From Paraspadella gotoi (Eukaryota; Animalia; Chaetognatha): a DNA stretch of 64,000 nucleotides. How positions within the stretch are numbered: position 1 is the first letter of the stretch; each line of letters opens with the position of its first letter. The DNA lies in assembly GCA_051294375.1 (NCBI GenBank), contig CM119266.1, positions 578,837 to 642,836 on the forward strand, read 5' to 3'. Shown here one piece after another: positions 26,709 through 38,295 of this stretch. A program made the position numbers and the translations under genes. The notes under the pieces were generated by a model. The model was not told the DNA's origin. It saw nothing but the letters and a program-made list of their open reading frames with translations, and ran no database searches.

Positions 26709-28196
26709 TTCTCTGTCTTACCCCCGACGCTTTCTAAGATGCTTTTATTGCTCAGCGGCGAGCGTGTAAGTTGCTTTTTTATTGTCTCTGGCCAATAGAA
26801 GAAACGGTCTCCTAAATTTCTCCAGTCCCATCTTCGCCATCCTTGGTTTTCTCTCCCATTGGGTGAGATCTTCGTTCCGGTTCCCATCGTTGTTCCCATC
26901 AGGGTTCCCATCCTGACCGATTAAAGGGGTGACAGGATCTGTGTTCGGTGTCTGTAGTAAACCGAAGGAAAAAAAAAACTTTTAAAATTCAGAGCGTTTT
27001 AATATTCTTCATGCTTGATTCGATACGTAAATGATTCCTGACGAACCAGCCTTTATCCCTTCCTCTGATCCGACGCTCACCAAAAAGGGCGTGTCCACTA
27101 AGTTAGTTCCATCAACCAACGTCGTTTGGACAAGAGACCAAGATTAGATTGGTTCCCCTTTATAGTATTATACTCAGCCAATTGCTTTTGTTTATAATTA
27201 TAGTATTCTTCAGGATTCAGATATAAATAAAGATTGTCATTGATATTATATATATCAGAATTTGTTTTCGGCTAATTAAACTCGATAAATTCGACAAAAG
27301 TAAATTTCGGAAAATAAAAGTTTTTGTAGCAAAATTCGACGGAAGGAGTTTTTGGGTTCTCATGTCGTGGGTGAATTTATCGTTCGCCATCTGCGGACGA
27401 AGCGACGCTCAGCGGCGAAAAGTTAAAATAATGATCGAACGAAATCAAAATGAGTGAATGAGGAGTTGAACGATCCATCGAACTGACTTCGCGACGAGAT
27501 CATAACTCCTTTTGTTTCGTGGTTATTAACTCTTAATTCTTTCTTTTATTTTTTTAAAGGTAAAAATGAAAACATTAAAAAAAAAAACAGAAAAAAAAGA
27601 AAAAAAAACCTAATGAAAACATTTTCGATAGAAACACAAATAAATAACCAAACCAATGCTGCGTAATTCCCTTCAGATGACATCGACATAACTTTTCCGA
27701 TACCCGGAGGTCAGGGATTTTGAGTAATCCTTCCGTTCTTTTGCTTGCTTTATTCTTTCTTTCTTTCTTTCTTTCTTTCTTTAATTTTTTTCTTTTTTTG
27801 TCTGTCTATTTTCTCTTACTCTATTTCTTTTTTTTTTCCGGCGTCCAAGATGCAACCTCAATCAATAAACAAGAAACCGCAAGGAAAAGTCAGAATCTGA
27901 TTCGTGACCTTGGGACAAAATGGATAGCGACCATCATCTGCCATGATCCAGCGATGGTCCAAATTTGATAGTCGTCGTCGTCGTCGTCGTCGTCGTCATT
28001 ATCGCGAGTTCATCGGTGCAATTGTCATCATCAGCGTTTTGTTCCTTTTTTTTATTCGTCGTCGTCGTCGTCGCTTTCTTCATCTTAGTTGTTGTTGTTG
28101 TCTTCTTCCCTTTTTCCCCGGAATGGGCCGAAAAAGAAACGACATCTGAATTGCGTCGGAAAACTTGCGGTCGGAGTGCGGGGGGAAAAAGAATCG

Positions 28197-28455
28197 GTGT
28201 GGGGGAGGAAGTGGTGAGTGAGCGATGTGGAGGAAGGGGTGTGGGGAGGAAGTGTGAGTGAGCGATGTGGAGGAAGGGGTGTGGGGGAGGAAGTGGTGAG
28301 TGAGCGATGTGGAGGAAGGGTGTGGGAGGAAGTGTGAGTGAGCAATGTGGAGGAAGGGTGTGGGGGAGGAACTGTGAGTGAGCGGTGTGGAGGAAGGGTG
28401 TGGGGAGGATGTGTGAGTGAGCGGTGTGGGGCAGGGGTGTGGGGCAGGGAGGTGG
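28197..28455. repeat. G-rich minisatellite (~38-40-bp unit)
   Basis: GTGAGTGAGCGATGTGGAGGAAGGGGTGTGGG(GG)AGGAAGT repeated about 6 times. Confidence 0.85.
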
Positions 28456-29091
28456 TTTCTTTTGGCGAGTGGGTGAAATTGTGGGCTTCTGAGTGTGAGT
28501 TCGTGAATTGGAAACTGGAGTTTAGGAAATTTGTTTATAATTATGAAAGTAGAAAAAAATGCAGAACAAACTGCATTAAATTTTGTAACTAAACTTAAAA
28601 CGGAAATAAAGTGTTTAATTATTTCTTGATTCGTTGAACATTGGATTGAGTGGGAGAGAGTAGTTTGTAATATGTCGTTTGTATTTTATTTTGTAGTCAA
28701 CGAAGGTTAAGTTAATTAGCGAAGAAATGAAGTCCGACATGGTGAGTCGGAACATTTGTGAAAGAGTTTTGTGATTGAGTTTCGAGTGGGCGTTGAGTAA
28801 ATGACCATTTGCGAAAGTGGGTTGGACTCGACTCGACTCGCTCGTGTTGAGGAACCGAGGATGTCCGCGCGGCGAGGGCCGTGGAGTATTTTTAAAAGGA
28901 TGTTCGAGCCCGGGTTGGGGCTGAGGAAGACATTGATGGTGCTGTTGCTGTTAAATTAAGGCCAGGGTGAGGATTCGAGCGAAGAAACGGGGTGAGGCCG
29001 CGAAGGTCAGGCCTTTAACGCCGAATCCCACGAGGCCACAACAAAGTTTCGGAGTAATCGACTCGGATCGTAAAAAAAGGTGGGGAAGGGG

Positions 29092-29390
29092 GAAAAAGGG
29101 AAAGAAGAAAATAGGATTAAGGAAAGGAGTAGGAAAAAAGGGAAAATGGCAAAAGGAAACGAGGGAAAAGGGAAAGAAGAAAATAGGATTAAGGAAAGGA
29201 GTAGGAAAAAAGAAAAATGGCAAAAGGAAACGAGGGAAAAGGGAAAGAAGAAAATAGGACTAAGGAAAGGAGTAGGAATAAAAGGAAAATGGCAAAAGGA
29301 AACGAGGGAAAAGGGAAAGAAGAAAATAGGATTAAGGAAAAGAGTAGGAAAAAAGTGAAAATAGCAAAAGGAAATTAGGGAAAAGGGAAA
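29092..29390. repeat. Purine-rich minisatellite (~72-bp unit, ~4 copies)
   Basis: GGGAAAGAAGAAAATAGGATTAAGGAAAGGAGTAGGAAAAAA..AAAATGGCAAAAGGAAACGAGGGAAAA repeated. A further ~70-bp pair follows at 29440-29552. Confidence 0.85.
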
Positions 29391-29868
29391 AAATAGAGAC
29401 GGGGAAGGGGAAAGGAGGAGAGAAAAATGGGAAAATGGCAAAAGGAAACATGGAAAAGGATCAAATAGAGATGAGAAAAGGAAAAGAAGGAGGGAAAAAG
29501 GGGAAAATAGTAAAAGGAAACATGGAAAAGGATCAAATAGAGATGAGAAAAGGAGAGAGTGGAGATCATGTTTATTATTAAGGGACAATGGCTAGAAGTC
29601 ATTAGCAAAGCGTAAAGGAGGAAATATTAAAGAAAAAGGGGAAGAGAGGAGAAAAGGAGGCAAAAGGATGAGAAAAAAGTAAAGTTAGGAAGGAAAGGAA
29701 AGGTGAGAATAAAGAGGGGAGGTAAACGAGAAAAGAAAGAATTCGGCGGAGAGGAAGAAGAAAAAGGTGGTCTTTTCGGTAGAGAGAAGGAAGAGGAGAA
29801 GGAGAAAGAGAGGAAGGGAAAGAGAGGGAGTTGGACTGGGAATTTGTAATTGATTAAATTCAAACGGG

Positions 29869-29912
<44 letters not shown>

Positions 29913-30314
29913 CGCCTTGGAAATTGGCGACTGCAAAATCGGTTTCGACCGACGGCCGCCAGAGGGCTGCCCAACGAGGGTTTCACCGCCACGCATCGGC
30001 CACGCCCCCTGCCGTACCCTTTCCCCTTCTCCTCCTGCTTAACCCGCCCACTCGACACTTTCTCGCCCTCTACTTCTTTCCGCCCTCCGCCCAACCGATT
30101 CTAAAATCAGAGGCGATGTCATGACGCAGCTGGCGTCGTTTCGGCGCAGGCGGGCAGAGATGCCGACGTCCGCCGACGCCTGGCAAAGCCCCGCCGACGT
30201 TAGTAGACGCCTAAAAAAGCCCTGCCTATTGTGGCCTGCCAACGCCCGCGGAAGCCAGCTGACTCCTGCAGACTCACGCAGATGACAACACCGACGGAGG
30301 ACTGACAAAGGCCA

Positions 30315-30385
30315 GCCGACGCCTGCCGACGCCTGCCGACGCCTGCCGACGCCTGCCGACGCCTGCCGACGCCTGCCGACGTCGG
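30315..30385. repeat. 10-bp tandem repeat (GCCGACGCCT)x6-7
   Basis: Read directly; degenerate GCCGACG motifs also flank it over 30160-30260. Confidence 0.9.
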
Positions 30386-30581
30386 CCTTGGCCTGCCTCA
30401 GCCCGAGATGCAAAACGACGCACTCCACATCTCGACGAGGAATTCCTTGGAATAAGCATCGATTTTTTGGGAACACATGCGCGCGCACACTTTGTCTCCG
30501 TCTCTCTTTTTCCTTCTCTCTCATCTCTTCTCTCGTCATCCTGCTCTCAGTCCCCTTCCTTCCTCCTCTCTCTCTTTCTGT

Positions 30582-30612
<31 letters not shown>

Positions 30613-30688
30613 AAAACTCGCAGGGGGCCGAGTGAGGTGGACCGAGAATCACCAAGAAGTGAGGAAGAAAAAGAAAAAGAGAGAGAAG

Positions 30689-30767
<79 letters not shown>

Positions 30768-31226
30768 TAGACAGACAGAGAGAGACAAAGACAGAGAGAG
30801 AGAGAGAGAGAGAAAGAGGGAGAAGAGTGATTTTTTTCTTTTTTCTCTTTCTTCTTTTTCACTTTTATTTTTCTTTCTGGAAAGATTTCTCAAAGTCGCG
30901 AGGTTTTTGGCAGGTTGTGGTTATGAGCCTCCGAATTGAGAGAGTCAGAGAGAGAGACAAAGAGAAAGAGAGAGAGGGAGAAAGAGAGAGTGGACGACAT
31001 AGAGGCAGATGGGGTTGGAGATGGGGCTGTAGATATGGAGAGGATGCTAGAGGGATAGAGATGGTAATTGGGTTGGAGATGGGGTTAAAGACGGAGATGG
31101 GGCTGTGGATGAAGATGGTGATGGTGATGGAGAATGGGCGAGAGGATATGATGATGGAAATTGAATGTCGGGTTCGAAATGTTTCAATCGATGGAACTGA
31201 TGGAAACTGGAGAATCAAGAAGTCTC

Positions 31227-31292
<66 letters not shown>

Positions 31293-31921
31293 CACCCATC
31301 CTAAATTCTCTTTTTCCAATTTCGACAAAAGTGAAGTTTTTTCGTTTTTTAGTCAGAAACATAATTGGATTCCGAATCTAAAAAACAGAGTGAAAACGAC
31401 AGCAGCCTGATAAAAATAGAAAGAAAACACTTTCCCGGGAACCAAAAAAAAACAAACAAAAAAAAACATGAAACAAAACAGAATTAAAAAAAACCAACTC
31501 GAAATAACAAAAGAACAAAAGGATCCTGACGCTTTGCCTTCTCTCGCTTCTCTTCAAACTACTTATCTCTTATCTCTGGGTCAAATTTTCAAATTCAATT
31601 TCGATCGATAAGAAAAGGAATGTTTTTTGTTTTGATTCGAAAGCGAGGCTGAGAACTTCGCAGAAAGAATTTACAGACGAAATGGCGGAGAAACGTCTTC
31701 GTCACTTTTGTCTCTCGAAAGTGACAAAAGATTTTGAAAGCGAATTTTCCTTTTGTTTCTTCTGGTTTTTTTAAGAAGCAGTTGACGACATAATCGTAAC
31801 TTTACTCTTCGACCGCTAGTCTATTGTTTGCTTTCGAAAAAAGAAAATGCAGAAAATTCTAGCTAACTCTATTATTCATATCTCAATAAACTAAAAGATA
31901 TTAGGAAAAATTATGTAAGTT

Positions 31922-31976
31922 GGGGGCAAGATAGCTTATTTATTGAATGAATCGATAATTTTTATATTGGTAGAAC
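31922..31976 (-). repeat. Dispersed repeat family A, short fragment
   Basis: Reverse complement: GGGGCAAGATAGCTTATTTATTGAATGAATCGATAATTTTTATATTGGTAGAAC. Confidence 0.7.
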
Positions 31977-32336
31977 ATTGTACAATGTACAAATTTCATA
32001 AACGAGGATAGAAGGCTGCCCCTACCGCCAAAACCTTTCTCTCCCCCAGGCCTTCTCTTCCCCCTCTCAACCCCTCCTCCTCCTCCTCCCCTCGTCGTCC
32101 CCTCCTCTTCATCCCCGGAGTCACGGATTGGGTCTTGGAGATCGGCCTCACAACTTCTCCTCTCGGTCTCGGGGTCAACATACCTTCCCTCTCCCTTCTC
32201 CCCCTTTTACCCTTGATAGTTGATACCCTTTGTTATACCTGTTTTCTATCACCATTACACATTTACCTTACTTACCTCTTTTACCTGATGAGAGATTAGT
32301 CAGAACCTCTCTTTAGCTAGATACCCATCTTCCCAG

Positions 32337-32380
32337 TGGCGCCCAATGTGGGGCTCGAACCCACGACCCCAGGATTAAGA
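32337..32380 (-). pseudogene. 3' half of tRNA-Lys(CTT) including the CCA end
   Basis: Minus strand reads TCTTAATCCTGGGGTCGTGGGTTCGAGCCCCACATTGGGCG-CCA, matching the conserved metazoan tRNA-Lys(CUU) from U33 to the CCA. The 5' half is absent. Confidence 0.85.
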
Positions 32381-32883
32381 TAACAACTGACATAAAAGAA
32401 AAACTCAAATCTTATCGGAAGTACGCTGAGTAAAATTGGATGAAACTCCGAGATGATAAAAATAAATAAATAAAAAAATATCGAAAAATACGTAAAATAA
32501 AGTTCTTTTCCCGCAGCAAAGTGAAAAAAAGTCCATTCCCAAGAGGAAAAGTTTTTTTATGAGGAAAATCGGGTTTTACGTTCGATTCGCTTTTCCATCC
32601 ACTCACCACCTTATTTTCCACCCATTTTCATTCACACCGACTTTTCCCGCCATCCGCCATCCGCCTTCCTATTTTCTATTCACCTTAAGTCTAACTTTCT
32701 TCTTTCTCTCTTCAAGCCTTCACTTCTAACAAAGAGTGGCATCACAAAACTCTGCTCACTCGTTTTATAAAATATTTGTTTTCTAGGCCCGCTAGGTCAA
32801 GCGTTCGAGGCGTCAGCCGTCCGGAGAATATGTTTTAATATAGAGAGCCCCAGATCCTCAATCCTAAAGTTATTAAAATGTTC

Positions 32884-33070
32884 GGGCATATTTTCTAAAT
32901 GCACCCTATTTCTTTTCCTTATCTAAAAAATTTTATTTTAACTCAAATATTTAACAAACTCCACTACCTAACCAAACTCCTATCCTTAACCCCTAACCTA
33001 ATTTTTAAACCTAAATCTTATTTAATTCTGAATTTTAAGCTGAAATGGGGCACTTTTGGAAAACATGGCC
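32884..33070. mobile_element. MITE family C with degenerate TIRs and internal CCCTAA-like motifs
   Basis: GGGCATATTTTCTAAATGCACCCTATTTC ... GAAATGGGGCACTTTTGGAAAACATGGCC are imperfect inverted ends. A related copy in reverse orientation lies at ~63562-63710. Confidence 0.5.
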
Positions 33071-33190
33071 GAATCTTCATTGTAAAACTTGAACCAGCGA
33101 CGAAACTGCGCTTTTGTTTTTAGCAGATTTTTTTTTCTTTTTACGCGAAGAGCTTCTGCGAAAGGCCGCTCGGGGTCGCTGAGTGAGGAC

Positions 33191-33275
<85 letters not shown>

Positions 33276-33759
33276 CGAATCAAGTGGGGCAAGAAAGCGA
33301 TGATATCATAGCAGCAGTTGGCAAGTCCGATTCAGAAAATAGTTGAAAAAAACAAAAAGACATAAAAAAGTAAGAGAAAAGATATAGTAGAGATATAGAT
33401 ATAGACCAGAGACGAATTAAGTAAAAGCGAGGACGAATCCAAAGAGAGGTTGAATCCAAATTCGGGACGAGGTGCCAAATCCCTCGGCTCAAAGAAAATA
33501 GTTTGCCGGAAATAAAACCTCGTTGAGGTTCATCGCACTCTGACACAAGTCGTCGTCTTGTTATGAGTTTTTTTTCTGGGTTCCAGTTTGTACTTTCTAC
33601 CTTTCTATCACTCTCTGCTCCAGACTGTCTTTAATGTGTCTCTGCCGTTTTCTCAATCTTACTCTCAAATCCTAATTTCCTCCCAATCTTTCACAATACA
33701 TACCCGTCCGTTTCATGCTGTTCCGATATCAGTATTTTTCTGTAATTGTCACGTATTAC

Positions 33760-34083
33760 TAGTCTTTCTTAGTAGTCTCTCCGAGTCTGTCTTAACTTAT
33801 TTAAGTCTTTCTTAGTCTACCTCAGTCTGTCTTAATTTTTTAAAGTCTTTCTTAGTCTCTCCCAGTCTGTCTTAATTTTTTAAAGTCTTTCTTAGTCTCT
33901 CCCAGTCTGTCTTAATTTTTTTAAGTCTTTCTTAGTCTCTCCCAGTCTGTCTTAACTTTTTAAGTCTTTCTTAGTCTCTCCCAGTCTGTCTTAATTTTTT
34001 AAAGTCTTTCTTAGTCTGTCCCAGTCTGTCTTAATTTTTTAAAGTCTTTCTTAGTCTGTCCCAGTCTGTCCCAGTGTGTCTTA
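33760..34083. repeat. Minisatellite, ~40-bp unit, ~8 copies
   Basis: AGTCTTTCTTAGTCTCTCCCAGTCTGTCTTAATTTTTTAA repeated head to tail without spacers. Confidence 0.92.
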
Positions 34084-34217
34084 CTCTCTCTCTCTCTCAC
34101 TCTCAGTCTTTCCTTTTTCGTTTCTTTCTTCCCACGTTGTTCTAGTGTCGAGCGTCGTGTTCCGGATATTACTCTTATATAGATCCGGATGCAATTCTCC
34201 GGAACTCAAAGCCCGGA

Positions 34218-34648
34218 TGTAAGAGGAAATAGCGCGTTGAAAAAGTTATTTCCTTCTCCATTCGTCAGTCGCCATTACAAAATACATAACATACATATAT
34301 AATATATATAAATCTCAATGTTAACATCAGAGATATACACAGAAAGAGAGTCAGAGTGTCAAAGACATTAAAAAGGAAACGATAAAAAATCATCCAACTG
34401 AATAATATTCCCTAAAAATGTCGACTACTGACTTGGTCAAGCATAGTCAAGCACAGTCAAGCAGAGTCAAGCACAGTCAACAGTTGTCAGAAGGAAAGCC
34501 TGAAAAATTCTTTCAACGTGTACTATTTTCAGTGTGAAGATGTATAAATAGCCGTCAGTTTTTTTGTTTTTTTTGACACCGTCATTCTCTGTCTGTTTTC
34601 ATGAAGAATAAAATCCACTTTGGTTTCGCCTAGAAATGTCTACTTACA
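34218..34648 (+). mobile_element. Putative LTR (431 bp) of an LTR retrotransposon
   Basis: Termini TGTAAG...CTTACA form a 6-bp inverted repeat. TATAAATA lies at 34543 and AATAAA at 34607, with internal 10-bp repeats (AGTCAAGCA(C/G)). The tRNA-Leu-complementary TGG... sequence follows 6 nt after the end. No second LTR or gag/pol is seen in the window. Confidence 0.55.
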
Positions 34649-34654
34649 TAAATG

Positions 34655-34701
34655 TGGTGGCAGCGGTGGGATTCGAACCCACGCCTTCGAAGAGACTGGA
34701 G
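34655..34701 (-). pseudogene. 3' half of tRNA-Leu (AAG/TAG type) including the CCA end; an extended primer-binding site
   Basis: Minus strand reads CTCCAGTCTCTTCGAAGGCGTGGGTTCGAATCCCACCGCTGCCA-CCA, matching metazoan tRNA-Leu from position 38 to the CCA. The 5' half is absent. Confidence 0.85.
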
Positions 34702-37120
34702 ATGTTTTAACCTGTCGTCTCCGTTGAATTTTCCGAATGCGACTCGTCGACTCTATTTCTCGGAAATTACAATCGTGCCACTTGGCAAAGACTCTCCCGC
34801 CAAATGGCGGGAGAGACGACGACGAAGAAAACGACGATGACAGAGACGATCAATTCTCTACCCGTTGACGACCTAAGAAAATTTTAATACCAAATGAAAT
34901 TTTAGAAGTGAAAACCGAGCTATTGGTTTCGATTGGTACCAGGGTTATTGCGAAATGACCGATAAAATGACTCGGTCGAGTTCTCAATGTCTAAGAGAAT
35001 CTAGGGTCTAAAAACGTTGGACAGTCTTCGGACGATGACAATTATGTCAAGAGTTGACAGCGACGAACGACGACGACGACGACGACGATGTTCCACGACG
35101 AAGAAGAAGACGATTCACTTGGCAAAGAGTTTGTGACCCGATGAGGAGTTTTGGTCTCGTTCCATCCAAGGACGAGGAGAGGAAGAGGAAGGAAGGGAGA
35201 GGAGGAAGAGGGAGGAAAAAGGAGGAAGGAGAAAATAGAAGGGATAAAAAATGAGATAAATTAGAGAAGTAGGATAAATAATATTTGACGATATTCAAAA
35301 AATTAGGAGCAAGAAGTGCCAAGAACAACGACATACAATGACAAAGACCGTGCGACGGTTTAGAAAGATTTTTAAAGAAACAAACAAAATTGTTTAAAAA
35401 TTAAAATATTAAAGTACAATAAATTAAAAGAACAATACGAATAAAAAAGAAGATTGCGATGTTGAGAAAAACACAGAAGAAAGAAAAAATGATGAGAGAG
35501 AAAGACGATGATGAAGAAGTGGAAAAAAAAGACGACGGAAAAAAGGTAATGATGACAATGATGACAAAGCTGATGAAAAAGGTGACTATGGCGAAGACAA
35601 TGACAAATGACAATGACAAAGATGACGAAGGGGGAGACAATGACAAAGATGACGGCGGAGACAATGACAAGAAAGAAGTCAAAGTCGAAGACAGGGATGG
35701 CGAAGACGATGACGAAGACGACAAGAAAGAAGTCGAAGTCGAAGACAGGGATGGCGAAGACGACCTTGGGTTTGATGGGGAAAAAACTTTCTTCTTCTGC
35801 GAAAGAAAAAAAAACTATTTAAAGAAAAGGAGTTAATTCCGCAGGCGGTCGATCGCGCGCTTCACCGAAGTGGCTTACATTTTTTTAAACATTCATTCAC
35901 AGACCTCGTTATACATAAACTTTACAAATCTAATAAATCATCCTTTTAAAATTGCGGTTAATCCATGTTTGACGGTGTTTTTGAAGTTATCACTCGTGGC
36001 ACAAAGTGGAGAGAAAAAAAAATCATTTTCTTCTTAAATATTTATCTACGGTTGATTAAAGCTAAAATCTCTTTGCCTCGTTTCTTTCCTTATTTTTCTT
36101 CTCTTTCATATTTTTACTTTCCTACCTTTTCTCCATCTTCTTTTTTCCTATTTTTTTCCTCTTTCCTCTTCTTCTCTTTTCTCATCTGCTCTCTTCTCTT
36201 TTTCTCTCTTTCACATTTAACTTACCCCGTCGTCTCACAGCACCTTTCCTTTCCCATTTCGTAATTTCCTTGCCTTTCCTTCCTTTTCTTTTTCCATTCT
36301 GCTCCTTTACCTTCTAATTCCTTCTCGTCCCTCTGGCGGTCAACTTTTTCCATTTCGCCAGAGCACATCAGCGACGACGACGACGACGACGACGACGACG
36401 GGTTTCTATTTTCTCGGAAGCCGAAGGATTACCACGACGAAGACGAAACAACAACAACGACGACGACGACAACAACAACAACAACGACGACGACGACAAC
36501 AACAACAACGACGACGACGACAACAACAACCACGACGCCACCGCCGCAATTATTCTCGTCATCTAACTTCCGGTCGCCTCTCTTCGTTTCCATGACGACA
36601 GACAGACGCATCCTTGACAACTAGCCAGTTTCTTTCTTGTTTGTCCGTGAGTCCTTCTTTCTTCTCTCTCTCTCTATCTATCAAGACCTGGTTTAACCTT
36701 TCTACTTTACGTGCCACTCTATCCGTTCCTTTAATTTTGTTCTTTTTTTTATCGGGCATCCTTCAAATTTTTAATCCCATTTCCTATTAAATCCTTCTTT
36801 TTTCTTTCTTTTATTACCCAATTCCCATCTTTTTTAAATTAATAAGAAAATTTAGTCTTTTCCTTGCTTCCTCTTTGTTGTCTATATTTTCTTCTCATCT
36901 TCCTTTTACTCTATTTCCAAATATAAAATCTTTTCCTTCCTTTCCTCACCTTCCTCCACCCTTTCCTCCCTTTCTCCCTTCCTTCCCTTTCCTCTCTTCC
37001 TCCCTTTCCTCCCTTCCTTATCCTTGCGGTGTTAGAATCTGTACTTTTATTATTCAATTTTGCTTTGAACTCAGCGCCAAGAACGTTTTTTTCCCCTAAA
37101 GGCTGCAAAGAAGGGCTCTT

Positions 37121-37171
<51 letters not shown>

Positions 37172-37828
37172 CTCTCCTCTCTCTCTTCTTCCCTCTGCTT
37201 CGCTCAACACCGAAGAATTTCCTCTTTGAGCCATTTTCTCAATCTCACCTCTCCATCGCTCTCAACTCTCGAAGCCTCATTTCTTCTCCTGTGCTTCCCT
37301 CAACTTACTCTTTCTTCGCCCTCACCTCCCTTCACCCTCCGCCAAGCCCCTGGTTTTTTTCTCAACTTCTTACCGTCATCTCTCGAATTCCTCTGGCCGG
37401 TCGAAGGTTCCGCCATTCGTTCATTCTACGCCATTTCAACGCGAGAGGAGGAGAGAGAGAGCAGCAAGGAGAGAGTGAGATGAGAAGATGAGAGAGAGAG
37501 AGAGAAACGAGATGATGAGAAGAGAGAGAGAGAGAAGAAAGTGAGAGAAGAGAGATGACGAGAAAGAGACGACAGAAGAGAGAGAGAAGAGAAGTAGAGA
37601 GAGAGAGAGAGAGAGACGAGAGAGAGAAAGAAAGTGAAGAAGAGAGGAGAGAAGAGAGAGAGAGAAGAAAGATAAGGAAGAGAGAGAGAGTAGGAGCGGA
37701 GAGAGGAGAGAGAGGAGAGAGAGAGGATGAGAGAGAGATGGGAGAGAGACGGAAGCAAGGGAGAAGAGAGAAAGAAAGGAGAGAAAGAGAGTGAGGAAGA
37801 GAGAGAGAAGAGAAGAAGGAGAAAGGAA

Positions 37829-37890
<62 letters not shown>

Positions 37891-37940
37891 AAGAAAAAAA
37901 AGTGATAGAGAGAGAGAGGAGAAGAGAGAGAGATGAGAGG

Positions 37941-37973
<33 letters not shown>

Positions 37974-38295
37974 GAGAGAACTTTTCGTCAAAATTCGGAG
38001 CTTGAAAGTAAATTCGGGGAGAGAGAAAAGGTAAAGTTTGAGCGGGAAGGAGGGGGGGGAGGCTATTGAAACCCCGTTAAGAAAATTTGTTTTGTTTTTA
38101 ATTAAAAACGTCAAGAACCGAATTTTATTTAAAATATGTTCGTCGCCCTTGAGTGAAATTCAGGCGGGATGTTACCACTGACCAGAAATGTGACCAGCCA
38201 ATCACAGTAAGGGATCCTTATATTATTTCTTCATACTGAATATTTTTGGGAACTGGAGGAAAAGAGAGCAGAGAGAGAGAGAGAGAGAGAGAGAT

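Noticed and set aside
32284-32320. CTGATGAG hammerhead-core motif (also CTGAAGA in MITE B, CTGATGA at 58099)
   Set aside because: No GAAA after a stem II and no closing stems, so no hammerhead can be folded.
33760-34083. CRISPR-like ~40-bp repeats
   Set aside because: Head-to-tail with no unique spacers, in a eukaryotic context with no cas genes: a minisatellite.
34160-34236. Twister-ribozyme-like fold (CTCTTATAT/ATGTAAGAG stem; CCGG-AACTCAAAGC-CCGG)
   Set aside because: It lacks the UAA cleavage loop and a partner for the T1 pseudoknot, and it straddles the putative LTR boundary. An Rfam twister cmsearch would settle it.
32337-34701. Functional tRNA genes, or phage-like att sites flanking an island
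   Set aside because: Only 3' halves are present, they are different tRNAs rather than a direct repeat, and no integrase lies between them.
35459-35836. Asp/Lys-rich 125-aa ORF
   Set aside because: Built from degenerate GAT/GAC repeats and short duplications, with no splice or homology support.
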